Source: Cyanobacteria bacterium P01_A01_bin.123 (lineage in GTDB: Bacteria > Cyanobacteriota > Cyanobacteriia > Phormidesmidales > Phormidesmidaceae). From it: 64,000 nucleotides of DNA. Location: NCBI GenBank assembly GCA_039815185.1, contig JBCBZT010000008.1, forward strand, positions 96,001 through 160,000, in the 5' to 3' direction. This document shows, piece after piece, positions 1-10,019 of the stretch. The notes beneath the pieces are model-generated. The model did not search any database. It saw nothing but the letters and a program-made list of their open reading frames with translations, and was not told the origin of the DNA. A program made the position numbers and the translations under genes. Each line of letters opens with the position of its first letter. The stretch's first letter is position 1.

Positions 1-165
1 AGTGTTGAAAGGCTCTGTCGGCAAGCTCACATCGACCCCGCTAAGGCAGTGATCAAGGCCAACCACAGCAAAATCCACAACCATTAGGTCAAACATGTCA
101 TCCCCCTCAGCAGGCTAGAAGGTTGCCAGGTCATGCTTTTAAATCAAGCACAGGCAAGACGTCAG

Positions 166-225
166 CCACATCCGATTTGAACCTCTGAGCTTTAGCTTAG
201 GCAAACACTATAGATCTAGATGTGG
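166..225. repeat. Dispersed palindromic repeat family A, copy 1 (CCACATCYGATTT...GATCTRGATGTGG)
   Basis: Ends CCACATC/GATGTGG are reverse complements. Similar copy at 33604-33665, and both are followed by ACGCAGT. Confidence 0.75.
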
Positions 226-372
226 ACGCAGTTCAGTTAGCCCGTAGATTACCACAACATTATCTTTTCTATTGAATGCTGTGGTCGGTTCAATCAGACA
301 GTCTTAAAAGTGCCTGTTTTGTTCACTCGGAAATTGAGGCTGAGCTTAGCTTAGCAATACTCCAAATTTTCG

Positions 373-415
373 ATTTTGGATTTTCGGTTTTGGATTGCAC
401 AATCTTTGCTGTTAG
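373..415. repeat. 43-bp repeat (ATTTTGG/ATTTTCG heptamer-based), inverted partner of 1576-1618
   Basis: 37/43 identical to the reverse complement of 1576-1618 by manual alignment. Confidence 0.75.
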
Positions 416-487
416 CGGCCTCTGACAAGGCTATGGGCAGCCGGACTGAAGCAACACAGGTAACCATAACGATTTATTTTTGGAAAG

Positions 488-1120
488 ATGTCTACATTGC
501 CAATTGCGACGCCTTGGGCACGTCAACTGCCGCTGATCTGCATTCTCTATCGATTTGTAGCCGGCCCCGGCCTGCTGTGGGCAGCCTGGCAAGGGCATAA
601 AGGTGCTTTCGTCAGTCTTTTTGTGCTGGCCTTTATCTCGGATGTGGTAGATGGCATGATTGCTCGGCGGCTCCAGGTGGTGACATCAAGACTACGGGAA
701 GCCGATAGTCGCGCTGACCTCAGCCTCTACCTTTGCGTGATTGCCGCAATCTGGCTGGTGCATCCAGACGTTTTGGTTGAGTTCTGGGTACCGTTAACTT
801 TCGCGATCGCGGCTCAAGGCTTGCAATGGCTCACAGGGTTGATTAAATATGGACGCCTGCCGAGTTATCACAGCTACTCGGCTAAGTTGTGGGGGGTGTC
901 ACTAGCGATCGCCACAGTGGCCCTCTTTGCATTCGACTATGCCGGCATAACGTTCTTGGCCACCTTGCTCATTGGCACACTGCATAACCTTGAAGAAGTC
1001 GCCATGACGTTTATCTTGCCCACCTGGACTTTTGATGTCAAAACGATTCAAAAAGCCGGGGAGATTCGCAGGGAAACCCTGAACGAAGAGCGCTTGGCAG
1101 CTTCTCTGGGCAGCGCATAA
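488..1120 (+). CDS. CDP-alcohol phosphatidyltransferase family membrane protein
   Basis: SDVVDGMIARR...ADSRAD matches the DxxDGxxAR...DxxxD motif (the usual Gly is not conserved). Multiple hydrophobic segments. Confidence 0.85.
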   Translation: MSTLPIATPWARQLPLICILYRFVAGPGLLWAAWQGHKGAFVSLFVLAFISDVVDGMIARRLQVVTSRLREADSRADLSLYLCVIAAIWLVHPDVLVEFWVPLTFAIAAQGLQWLTGLIKYGRLPSYHSYSAKLWGVSLAIATVALFAFDYAGITFLATLLIGTLHNLEEVAMTFILPTWTFDVKTIQKAGEIRRETLNEERLAASLGSA

Positions 1121-1123
1121 AAA

Positions 1124-1155
1124 AGGTAGAGGCATCGCATGTGATGTCCCTACCT
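1124..1155. terminator. Stem-loop just downstream of the phosphatidyltransferase gene
   Basis: AGGTAGAGGCATC...GATGTCCCTACCT imperfect inverted repeat 3 nt after the stop codon. Confidence 0.45.
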
Positions 1156-1255
1156 GGGGTTAGACCCCCACTAAGGAGGTCATGGATATGACTTGAACGC
1201 AATTCCCGTGAAGGCTGCTGAAATAAGGCCTAGTGTTGTTCGCTAAATCTCCATA

Positions 1256-1312
1256 CCAAGTCCAGCTCGGGATGTGGAATTTGCCCGTAGGCAAAACTCC
1301 AGATCTAAACTT
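1256..1312. repeat. Dispersed repeat family B (CCAAGTCCAGCTCGG...), copy 1
   Basis: Colinear similarity to the reverse complement of 38394-38451, with the first 15 nt identical. Confidence 0.7.
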
Positions 1313-1575
1313 AGATTCAGATTTAGACCGAAATTTTAGATGCCCATTCTTGAACGAATGCGATCGCAGTTTCTAACCAACCACAGCCCCAAAAGTTGCA
1401 AATTTCAATGGTCGCCAGCAGCATAACAGTGTTCATCATCGATCCTCCAAAACGTCTAGCTACAGATACGCCAAAGGCCAGTCGCACACAGGCAAAGACT
1501 GATGAAGATCCGGTGAAATTACTGAAAGCTGCTGTTTTGCAAGAGCTGGGTGACCCAGAACTCGTTCACAATTGC

Positions 1576-1618
1576 CTGACCGCAAAGATTTCACAATCCA
1601 AAATCGAAAATCCAAAAT
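1576..1618. repeat. 43-bp repeat, inverted partner of 373-415
   Basis: CTGACCGCAAAGATTTCACAATCCAAAATCGAAAATCCAAAAT. Confidence 0.75.
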
Positions 1619-1626
1619 GTCTAGCA

Positions 1627-3894
1627 TTAGACCCCAATAAACCCAGCTTCTACCAAGGCCGTCGTCTCTACCCCGGGCAAAATCGCCAGGATTTCGTCAC
1701 CCGCGTTGATGGTGTCACCGCTGAAGGACAATGCCCCAAAGGTTAGGCCATCCGTCAGACCAATGAAGTCAGTATCAACTTCAAAGTCCGTAATGGTGTC
1801 GGTTCCTTCATCCAAGGCGAGGACAAAGGTATCGGCCCCTTGCCCCCCTGAGAAGTCATCCCCAGTGAGGATATCGTTGCCCAGGCCGCCCCGCAAAATG
1901 TCATCGCCATCATCCCCCCAAATCAGGTCATCGCCTGCTTCGCCAAACAGAATGTCGTTGCCACCCTTGCCACCGATGCGATCGTTGCCGGCCCCACCAA
2001 AGATGATGTCATCGCCACCCACAGCACCTTGAGCATTGCGATTATTGCGATCGCCGCGCAGCACGTCATCCCCATCTCCACCCAAAAGTGTATCGGCTGC
2101 TAATCCGCCTGCGACCAGGTCAGCCCCTGCGAAGCCCAGAATGCGATCGCGGTCTGCTCCCCCTAACAGTTCATCATCACTGTCGGTGCCTTCGATCAGA
2201 GAGAACCCAGAGGGGGCGATCGCGAACTGATTGCGAATCTCAGGGGACTGCAGGGCGATATCAGGATTGGCCAATAGATCAGCCTGGGTGTAAGGTTCAA
2301 CGCCGTAGGTCGTCACGGTCAGGGCTTGTGTCAGCGGGTCAATTTCAAACTCGCTCCAGCCATAGTTGTGAGCCGCGATGTACTCGCCCTGCAACAGGGT
2401 GGCATCGATACCAGAATCTTCTAATCCAACCGGATCAAAGCCCAGGGGTGTGAGTCGCGCATCCAAGACTTCCCGGACGTACTGGTTCCGGGCATCGACA
2501 TCGGTGAGCGCTAGATACTCAGCCTGACTTTTGCCCTGAGCTGCTAGCAACGAGGTTGGTGTAAAGCCCACGGTTGCTGGCCCAAAGGGCGCTGCAAAGG
2601 TTTCGTTAAACGGCTCAGGCAAAAACGGCACAGTTAACTGAATGCCGACTGGCCCAATCATCACGTCTACCACGTCGGTCGCAATCTGGGGGCCACCAAA
2701 GGTTTCTTGATAAGTGACGTTGTTAACCACATGGCCATGGAAGTCGCCGGTGATAAATACGACGTTGTCGATATCGTTCTCATCGATGAAGCTAAGCAAC
2801 TCGGCGCGCTCTGCGGCATAGCCCTCCCAACGTTCCCCCGCGACGGGAATGCCAAAGTTCTGCATCGGCACCGTAGACATCACAAACTTCCAGGTAATGC
2901 CCGCTTCCTCAGCGGCGAGCAAGTCCTGCTTGAACTGCTCAAGTTGCGCTTGGCCCAGCATCGTACGCCCGGGTTCAAAGGCTGCTTCAAGATAGGCGTC
3001 TACTGCCTCGGGTAATGCGGTTTCTGGCAAAAATGGCAGCGGTGCATCCCGAAAGGAGCGCACATCTAAAACGTAGCTAGCAGCGTCGCTGCCAAAGGTG
3101 TTGAACCGATATAGATTTTGCTCATCGGCGGTGCGGGCATCCCCTGTCTCGCCGTAAAACTCATCCCGTAGGGGCTTGTAGTCTTGAAATGCTTCAAGGC
3201 CCGCATCAAATGCCGGGGTGTCGTTGACAAAGCCAGTCTCCGCGTCACCAAAAATTTGATCGCGCTGGGGCGAATCTGCCGGAGCCGCACCACCTGCAAA
3301 GTCATTGGTGATTTCGTGATCGTCCCAGGTAGAGTAAATGCTGGTAGATGCCCGTAAATCAGCCCAGTTGTTGACCCCAAAGCGCTCAGTGTAGATTTCG
3401 GCGTGCTTAATCCGAAATTCTTCTAAGGTCTGGGCTTGGGTGACCCCGGGCAAGGCTGGCGACTCGCTATCGGCTTCGAGGGTGTCCCCCATCTGCACAA
3501 AGAAGTCGAGGTCACGTTCAGCTCCGTTCGCGATCGCAGGAAATGGGCTCAACTCCCCCTGCCAGTCTCCCGAAACGCCAAAGCGCAGTCCCGAATACGT
3601 GCCCACAGGGGCAGGAGTACGGAACTGACCTGTTGCGATCGCGCCAGCAGCATCAGTGACGCGATAGAAATACTCAGTTGCAGGCAATAACCCCTCTACT
3701 GCTACTTTGACAGGCACCAATGGATCGCTGACGCTAGCAGTCTGCGTTTCTACAATCGCGGTGAAATCTGCATGGGTGCCATACTCAAACGTAACCTCCC
3801 CAATAGCAGTGCTGCGAGTCCAAAGTACCGTAGAGGTTTGGGTGGTATCGCCGCTGGCAACACCGTTGGGTAAGGAAGCGGGGAAATCTGCCAT
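1627..3894 (-). CDS. phoD: Alkaline phosphatase D (PhoD) family protein with C-terminal RTX Ca-binding repeats
   Basis: GVASGD...VLWTR N-domain, WDDHE, LDVRSFRD, WEGYAAER and TGDFH motifs, then GGxGxD nonapeptides. Start placed at ATG 3894 (MADFPASLPNG); the ORF track extends to 4032. Confidence 0.9.
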   Translation of the reverse strand: MADFPASLPNGVASGDTTQTSTVLWTRSTAIGEVTFEYGTHADFTAIVETQTASVSDPLVPVKVAVEGLLPATEYFYRVTDAAGAIATGQFRTPAPVGTYSGLRFGVSGDWQGELSPFPAIANGAERDLDFFVQMGDTLEADSESPALPGVTQAQTLEEFRIKHAEIYTERFGVNNWADLRASTSIYSTWDDHEITNDFAGGAAPADSPQRDQIFGDAETGFVNDTPAFDAGLEAFQDYKPLRDEFYGETGDARTADEQNLYRFNTFGSDAASYVLDVRSFRDAPLPFLPETALPEAVDAYLEAAFEPGRTMLGQAQLEQFKQDLLAAEEAGITWKFVMSTVPMQNFGIPVAGERWEGYAAERAELLSFIDENDIDNVVFITGDFHGHVVNNVTYQETFGGPQIATDVVDVMIGPVGIQLTVPFLPEPFNETFAAPFGPATVGFTPTSLLAAQGKSQAEYLALTDVDARNQYVREVLDARLTPLGFDPVGLEDSGIDATLLQGEYIAAHNYGWSEFEIDPLTQALTVTTYGVEPYTQADLLANPDIALQSPEIRNQFAIAPSGFSLIEGTDSDDELLGGADRDRILGFAGADLVAGGLAADTLLGGDGDDVLRGDRNNRNAQGAVGGDDIIFGGAGNDRIGGKGGNDILFGEAGDDLIWGDDGDDILRGGLGNDILTGDDFSGGQGADTFVLALDEGTDTITDFEVDTDFIGLTDGLTFGALSFSGDTINAGDEILAILPGVETTALVEAGFIGV

Positions 3895-4099
3895 CGGAGT
3901 TTCAACACAACGCAACGTAGCAGATTCTACTGAAGCTATTTTGCTAAAACATTTAGAAAAAAATAAGGTTGGTTTATGGATAGGGCGATGAGATGAACTC
4001 AGCAACGTCAACGATGGTATTAGTACTTCCACCGACTGCCAGCCTAAAGGCGGCTGTCCCAGCCCTAACCAATCGACACATCATGAAGCCATAATCAAT

Positions 4100-5188
4100 A
4101 TGAAATCCTTTATGGTTGATCACGTGTTTACAAAAGCGACCTTACTCTCTACAAGCTTTGTGATTCTAGGGCTATCTTTGCAATCTTCAATAGACGTCAA
4201 AGCCCAGGAATTGCCTCTCTTAGAGCCTGCTTCAGCAGTAACAAGCCTCCCTATTTATGACAGCTACATTCTGGGCCCTGGAGATCGGCTGTCTCTGACT
4301 TTCTTTAACGTCCCTGAGTACGACGGAGAAGAATCTGTTCTGGTAGATGGATCGATCGATTTGCCCGTAATTGGGCGGTTACCAGTCGCTGGATTAACCC
4401 TTGAAGGAGCCACTCAGGCCGTTGAGAGTGCCTACACAAACTACTTAATAGACCCTCTAATTACCGTCAATCTGGTCGCCCCTCGTCCTATAAAAATCGG
4501 GGTTTCAGGCGAAGTCAATCGACCTGGCCCCTATGAAATCTCGCTCACAGACGAAGAAGATGGCGTTATCGAATGGCCAACGGTGGTCGAAGCGATTCAG
4601 TTATCTGGCGGTATCACCAATCAGGCCAACGTGCGGCAAGTTGAAATTCGTCGACCTCAACCCTTAGGGGGTGAACAAATCATCCAAATTGACTTCTGGA
4701 TGATTTTGACAACTGGCAATATCCAAGATGACCTTACCCTGCGTGATGGGGATTCAATTTATATCCCGACAGCAACGGCCCTAACACCCGAGGAGTTGAC
4801 CCAACTCTCAGCGGCCAATTTCTCACCCGAGAATATTCGGGTGACAGTCGTGGGAGAAGTCCCTGAACCCGGCACCGTTGAGATTCCACCCAACGCCCCC
4901 TTGAATCAGGCTCTGCTAGCGGCAGGTGGGTTTGATCCGCGGCGCGCCAACACCGATCAAGTAGAACTAGTCCGGCTTAACCCAGATGGTACGGTTTCCC
5001 AACGCACTATCTCTGTTGCCTTTAATCAAGGCCTTAACGAAGAAACGAATCCCGCTTTACAAAACAACGATGTCGTCCTGGTTGGGCGATCGGGGAGAGC
5101 CGCTTTTTCTGATGTTGTTGAGGGTATATTTAGCCCTTTGGGGAGAATTTTAGCGCCGTTCAACGTATTAGACCGTTTACTAGATTAA
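4100..5188 (+). CDS. wza: Polysaccharide export protein (Wza/OPX, Poly_export + SLBB domains)
   Basis: YILGPGDRL, DGSIDLPVIG, VSGEVNRPG and VVGEVPEPG SLBB motifs. N-terminal signal-like segment. Confidence 0.9.
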   Translation: MKSFMVDHVFTKATLLSTSFVILGLSLQSSIDVKAQELPLLEPASAVTSLPIYDSYILGPGDRLSLTFFNVPEYDGEESVLVDGSIDLPVIGRLPVAGLTLEGATQAVESAYTNYLIDPLITVNLVAPRPIKIGVSGEVNRPGPYEISLTDEEDGVIEWPTVVEAIQLSGGITNQANVRQVEIRRPQPLGGEQIIQIDFWMILTTGNIQDDLTLRDGDSIYIPTATALTPEELTQLSAANFSPENIRVTVVGEVPEPGTVEIPPNAPLNQALLAAGGFDPRRANTDQVELVRLNPDGTVSQRTISVAFNQGLNEETNPALQNNDVVLVGRSGRAAFSDVVEGIFSPLGRILAPFNVLDRLLD

Positions 5189-5193
5189 GCGAG

Positions 5194-7215
5194 TCAAATA
5201 GCTGATTTCAGATCAGATTGCTCTGTTTCACCATTGATGACTAATCCAATGCGATTTGCCGAATTCTGACTGAGATTCTTTAAAACATTCAGGACTGGAT
5301 TTCTTTTACTCGAGTTGGGTTTGATCACAAACAAAACCCGATGGAAAAACTGGCTCATCAATAATGAGACACTCGTTATCGCGATCGCAGAGGTATCAAT
5401 TAAGATATAGTCATAGCAATGAGCAGCCTTGATTCTCTCTAATTCAGCTTTGTACTCTCCCTTGGTAAAAAGCTTAAACTCAGCAGCGGATGAGTTTGCA
5501 AGAGCCGCAATTCCCAGGTCAGCATTGACCTCCCGGTGAATTAGCCCCAAGTCTTTTACGGGTTGTGGGGAAGCATGTTGAAACATATCCATGAGGTTAG
5601 CCTCAACGCTAGTATCTGCAATCAGTACCCTAAAGCCAAGAGCATTAAGTGCTTGAGCTAGACCCAAACTGACAAAAGTTTTTCCCTCACCAGGTTCAGC
5701 ACTTGTAACCATTAGCATTTGGTCATTTTCGAGGAAAGATAAACAATTTGAGGCGAGCAGATTAAATTCCGACAAATGGGTCATTTTGCCCAAACTAGTC
5801 TTGATATCAGAAGACTGTGCCCAGGGAAGAGTGCTAACAAAAACAAAGGATTGTTCCTTGAGATCATCCGGCGTTATCAGAGGATTGCGTCTTTCTAAAA
5901 GAATAATCAACGCCAAACTGGTTACTGCTGCCGCTAACAGGGCATTGAGTAAAGCTAACCTTAAGTTAGGACTACTGGGATTTGGATCAACCTTAGGTGG
6001 ATCTAAAATCTGAACATTAGGATAGGCATTAAATGCATCTAAATTAGACTGCTCTACTTGAGCGACTAGCCCTTTATAGACCCCTTCAGCAACATCGTAG
6101 TTTCGTTGCAATTCCGAAAGCTGAGCTGCTGCATCAGGAATAAGTTCAAACTTTTCCTGCAAACTCTCAACTTCTGCAGCAATCCGATTAGCTTGTTCTT
6201 GTCTAGAAAGGGCAATACTTTCAGCCAATAACATTTGTTGAATCAACTCAGTCCGACCTTCTGCGCCGCTGGTTACGGTCGTATTGATATCGGGTAAATT
6301 GACACCGGCTTCACTCACGTAGCGCTGCAACTCATCGTTTAAGCGATTGTATCGACGAGACAGTTGCTGCATCTGGGGATGAGTGGGAGTAAAACGAACA
6401 CTATTCTCAGCTATTTCAATTGAGACTTCGGTCAATTCTTGACGAACTTGGGTATAGCCCTGGTTTTGATCAAGTCCTATAGCCTGAATAGCTAGCTCTG
6501 GTGTCAGATCTAAACGATCTACTAATACACCAACCTGATCAGCATTAGCCTCTGCATCCGCCTGGATTCGAACATAATCTTCCTGAAGATTATCAATGGT
6601 TGTGATTAAACTCTTTGTTTGCTCATCCGGGTTGATCAGACCAGAAGCCAGTTGAAATTGAGCAAGTTCTGCCTGAGTTCGCTCTAAATTTGATTGGGCT
6701 TCCGAGAGTTTTTCCTGACTGAAGCCACCACGAACAGAGCTATTAGCTTGGCGAAGTTGATTTAGGCGTTGTTGATAAAGTTTGATCAGATTCGTTAGCC
6801 TAGCTTGAGCAATCTCAGGAGTAGAGCCTCTCGTCGAAATTCTTATGACAGGAGACTGCTCTGCAATTGTGATCCGAAACAAACCTTTATAACCAGCAAG
6901 ACTGCCAAAATTTTCGCGCTCTGGATCTTCAGCCCATACAAGCTCCATCAATGCATCACTTTCTAAAATTGTCTCTTGCAATCTGAGTGGATTAATTTGA
7001 GTTGAGAATCGGGGATCTTCATTTTCTAGAGATCCTAATGTTCCTAAGTTAGCGGTCAAATTCGAACTCGCATTTGGCAACACAAGCTGAGTATCAGCAG
7101 CCCAGCTTTCTGAAAATGTGAGCAGCTTAAAGGCGATCACTCCGCCTAAAATCAAAGCATTGGTAATCCACAGGATTGGCCAGTGTCTCAGGACTACTGA
7201 GAATACTTTGTTCAT
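5194..7215 (-). CDS. wzc: Polysaccharide co-polymerase / BY-kinase (Wzc/GumC family)
   Basis: N-terminal TM, long coiled coil, P-rich SPN motif plus second TM, C-terminal VTSAEPGEGKT Walker A and YDYILIDT. Confidence 0.85.
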   Translation of the reverse strand: MNKVFSVVLRHWPILWITNALILGGVIAFKLLTFSESWAADTQLVLPNASSNLTANLGTLGSLENEDPRFSTQINPLRLQETILESDALMELVWAEDPERENFGSLAGYKGLFRITIAEQSPVIRISTRGSTPEIAQARLTNLIKLYQQRLNQLRQANSSVRGGFSQEKLSEAQSNLERTQAELAQFQLASGLINPDEQTKSLITTIDNLQEDYVRIQADAEANADQVGVLVDRLDLTPELAIQAIGLDQNQGYTQVRQELTEVSIEIAENSVRFTPTHPQMQQLSRRYNRLNDELQRYVSEAGVNLPDINTTVTSGAEGRTELIQQMLLAESIALSRQEQANRIAAEVESLQEKFELIPDAAAQLSELQRNYDVAEGVYKGLVAQVEQSNLDAFNAYPNVQILDPPKVDPNPSSPNLRLALLNALLAAAVTSLALIILLERRNPLITPDDLKEQSFVFVSTLPWAQSSDIKTSLGKMTHLSEFNLLASNCLSFLENDQMLMVTSAEPGEGKTFVSLGLAQALNALGFRVLIADTSVEANLMDMFQHASPQPVKDLGLIHREVNADLGIAALANSSAAEFKLFTKGEYKAELERIKAAHCYDYILIDTSAIAITSVSLLMSQFFHRVLFVIKPNSSKRNPVLNVLKNLSQNSANRIGLVINGETEQSDLKSAI

Positions 7216-7469
7216 CGACGGTAGCCTCGATTAGTTGAACGGTTACAAAAAAGTGAATCTAAAGCCCCCTGATAGAAATTTTAACTTTAAATTCGGATTC
7301 AAAAAATACTGGCATGAAAATTAAAAAGCTTATGCGCAAAAATGTAACTTCTACAATGGGGTATTGATCACCGGACATCAGCTCTGACCCTATCAAAAAC
7401 CAAATTCAATTCTCAATCAGACATAATACGAGCGCTCTCTAATCATGAAACCCCCACCTCCATTTCAGC

Positions 7470-8819
7470 TTAGATATCAGGAGAAGGAGTGATCAGCTGT
7501 TCCCATCTGGAATAGCTGATCACATTCTGCTCAGTTTCAGCCACAACTGAGCCAATCCATAAAAAGAAAAACCAAAGGTATATTGCCATCCAACTCAAGG
7601 GAGTCGCTTGTATCAAAATACAAAGTGTGAGAAAACCTGAAAAGGCAATCTGGCAAGAGAGATTCCCATTAATAGCTAAAGTATAGGCTTTCACAAGCGT
7701 GAGTAACAGTGCTGAAATAAAAACAATAAAGCCAATTAAGCCATTAAGATAAAGAACAGCGGAATAAGTAGAAAATGAACCCAGCCCAATATAAGTTGTC
7801 TCATAGAGCCAGACTTGACCTCTAATAACTCCCCAACCCAACCAGATTTTCTCTTGCCAAGCTTCCAGTGTTTTTTGAACAACCAGAGCTCTCGTCTCAG
7901 AAGAAGAAGCGCGGGCACTATCGAACAGTTGCCTTGGCATCTCCAACAGTTGATTGAGCGTCATGCCCATAAAGCTAGAAACCCATAACACAATAGATAT
8001 TGAAAACAGTGGAATTTGACGCGCTAAGTTAAATTTAAAGCTTGCAGTAAGTAACAGGGAGAAGCCAAAACCAAGCCAAGCAGAACGACTAAAACTAATA
8101 GCTAGACCGCTGAGTGCCCCTATCAAGGAAAGTCTACGCAGCAAGGAATTGTTCTCAGTCAAACAGACCAGAAAACAGAGTACACTGCATAATCCTAAAA
8201 TCGGTGGATCAGCAGTATGCAAAATCGTTCTAGGTAAAGATAGACCAAAAAAATCGGCAAATTTAGCTGATTTAACTAATAAACTACTAGAAACACGCCC
8301 AGGAATGGCCTGTGCTAGGGGTGGGACGTAAACCACATTATTGACCCCCACAGCAAGCAAACCCATTTGCATCACTAAGTTACATAAAATCCCGATCGCG
8401 ATAAATGTAATTGCCCGAGTGACAACCTGACTCCTTATGCGTGTTAGAAAAGGAAGACATAGAAAAGCGAAAATCATAAAATAACTCTTAAACAGGGTGA
8501 CTAGCCCTGCTGCAACTGCTGTCAATCCAGCACCCATTTCATCAAGGCCTAACATCATCGTGATGCAGGCAACCACACACATCAAAAACCAGACCCAAAT
8601 AAAAGCAGGAAATGGCTTACGAATGAGTTTATTGAGGGTTAAGTTTTGCAGAAACAAGACAGCTGAGACCGCCGGATAGAAAAGCGGTTGAATTCCCAAA
8701 AGCCACCAAAGTGGCGTCAAGGCAGCTGTCCAAAGAACGATCTTTTCAGTTGAGGAAAGGTTTTCTAGATCTGGCGATCGCACACTAGAGACGAACTGCC
8801 GGAGAAAATCAATAACCAT
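7470..8819 (-). CDS. O-antigen ligase / Wzy polymerase family membrane protein
   Basis: Many TM segments, SFSRSAW and WLGWG motifs, located in the EPS cluster. Confidence 0.75.
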   Translation of the reverse strand: MVIDFLRQFVSSVRSPDLENLSSTEKIVLWTAALTPLWWLLGIQPLFYPAVSAVLFLQNLTLNKLIRKPFPAFIWVWFLMCVVACITMMLGLDEMGAGLTAVAAGLVTLFKSYFMIFAFLCLPFLTRIRSQVVTRAITFIAIGILCNLVMQMGLLAVGVNNVVYVPPLAQAIPGRVSSSLLVKSAKFADFFGLSLPRTILHTADPPILGLCSVLCFLVCLTENNSLLRRLSLIGALSGLAISFSRSAWLGFGFSLLLTASFKFNLARQIPLFSISIVLWVSSFMGMTLNQLLEMPRQLFDSARASSSETRALVVQKTLEAWQEKIWLGWGVIRGQVWLYETTYIGLGSFSTYSAVLYLNGLIGFIVFISALLLTLVKAYTLAINGNLSCQIAFSGFLTLCILIQATPLSWMAIYLWFFFLWIGSVVAETEQNVISYSRWEQLITPSPDI

Positions 8820-8846
8820 AACATTAGCAAAAGTTTCGAACTTCGA

Positions 8847-9953
8847 TTAAATCATACCAAGGGCTTCTAGGTACTTTTGTGTACACACTGCTGGGGTGAA
8901 CTGCTGAAGCCACTTAGGATCAACGACTTTCCCCTCTCCAGATAAAACTTTCAAAATCGCTTTAGCCATAGCTGTCTCATCACCGACAGGGGTTAAAAAT
9001 CCATATTTGCCATCAGCTAAAATTTCCGCAGGTCCGCTTGGGCAATTAGTTGAAACAACAGGTGTACCAGTAGCCATTGCCTCTACAAGGACATTTCCAA
9101 ATCCTTCCCAAGCTGATGACAGCACAAAGACATCTGCCCTGCTCATATAAGCAAATGGATTTTGAACAAATCCTGGCATATCTACAACCGCAGTCAATTG
9201 AAGCGCGCTAATGAGCTTTTTAAGTGCCGACTCTTCTGGCCCCGTCCCTAGTATGACTAATCGAGCAGAAATATGTTTCTGCACCTGGTGAAACGCTTTG
9301 AGTAAGGTCGGAAAGTCCTTCTGAGGATGCAGACGCCCTACAGATAGGACAACAGGCAGCTGTTTGGATTGAAACCAAGGATGCTCCACTTCTTGACGAG
9401 ATTGATCATAAATCCGGGGAGACAGTGCAGGATTATAAATGACCTGAATTTTATTAGAGGGGACACTTACCGTTTTAGAAAGGTCATCTGCCACCCCTTG
9501 GGAAATTGCCACAATTTGATCTGCCCAAGGATAAAATAAGCGGGCAGCTAAAGGGGTTAGGCGCACAGAAAGCTGTTTTGAGTTCTTTGCTTCAACAGAC
9601 AGTGTATTTCGCTCAGAGACAACTACCCGTGTTGGCACACCTGCAAGGCGTTTTGCCCATAGCGCAATCTCACAGGGATAATGAAGCGCTGCCAGTAGGG
9701 CACTAGGACGCTGCTGCTTCAAATAATTGACCAGTTTAGGTGGACTCATCAAAAGGTTAGGTGATTTTAGATCAACCACGTTGACCCGATGAGAGACTTG
9801 CTCTAAGTAGGGCCCTGTGGCCCTAGGCAATAGCAAATCGACCTTATAATCTTGATCCACAAAGTTATTGGCAAGACTGACCATCACTCTTTCAGCTCCG
9901 CCGCCGTAAAGGCTACGAATGAAAATAGCAATATCAGTAGAAAAATCAGCCAT
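8847..9953 (-). CDS. Glycosyltransferase family 4
   Basis: GGAERV, GRLHPQKDF and EGFGNVLVEAMATGTPVV. Start taken at ATG 9953. Confidence 0.92.
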   Translation of the reverse strand: MADFSTDIAIFIRSLYGGGAERVMVSLANNFVDQDYKVDLLLPRATGPYLEQVSHRVNVVDLKSPNLLMSPPKLVNYLKQQRPSALLAALHYPCEIALWAKRLAGVPTRVVVSERNTLSVEAKNSKQLSVRLTPLAARLFYPWADQIVAISQGVADDLSKTVSVPSNKIQVIYNPALSPRIYDQSRQEVEHPWFQSKQLPVVLSVGRLHPQKDFPTLLKAFHQVQKHISARLVILGTGPEESALKKLISALQLTAVVDMPGFVQNPFAYMSRADVFVLSSAWEGFGNVLVEAMATGTPVVSTNCPSGPAEILADGKYGFLTPVGDETAMAKAILKVLSGEGKVVDPKWLQQFTPAVCTQKYLEALGMI

Positions 9954-10019
9954 AGCCACTACCATGCATAGCGTTGACAATCACAAGTCAAGCACAGAAT
10001 TTCTCTGATTTCCGGAGTA

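Noticed and set aside
11..25. GGCTCTGTCGGCAAG resembling an IS6 end
   Set aside because: It needs an indel and mismatch to fit, and there is no partner or transposase nearby.
1..87. Open plus-strand frame ending TAG at 87 (possible 3' end of an upstream gene)
   Set aside because: Only 28 codons are visible and there is no recognisable motif, so it cannot be called.
415..460. GGCTATGGGCAGCCGG, reminiscent of the 3' half of a c-di-GMP-I riboswitch
   Set aside because: The GGCAAA/GAAA P2 arm and P1 pairing are missing.
1396..1746. 116-aa plus-strand ORF
   Set aside because: TTG start, runs through a repeat and antisense into the phoD 3' end, no motif.
3895..4032. N-terminal extension of PhoD and a possible Pho box
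   Set aside because: The extension has no Tat or Sec features and overlaps the likely divergent promoter. The TAA-type repeats are too degenerate.
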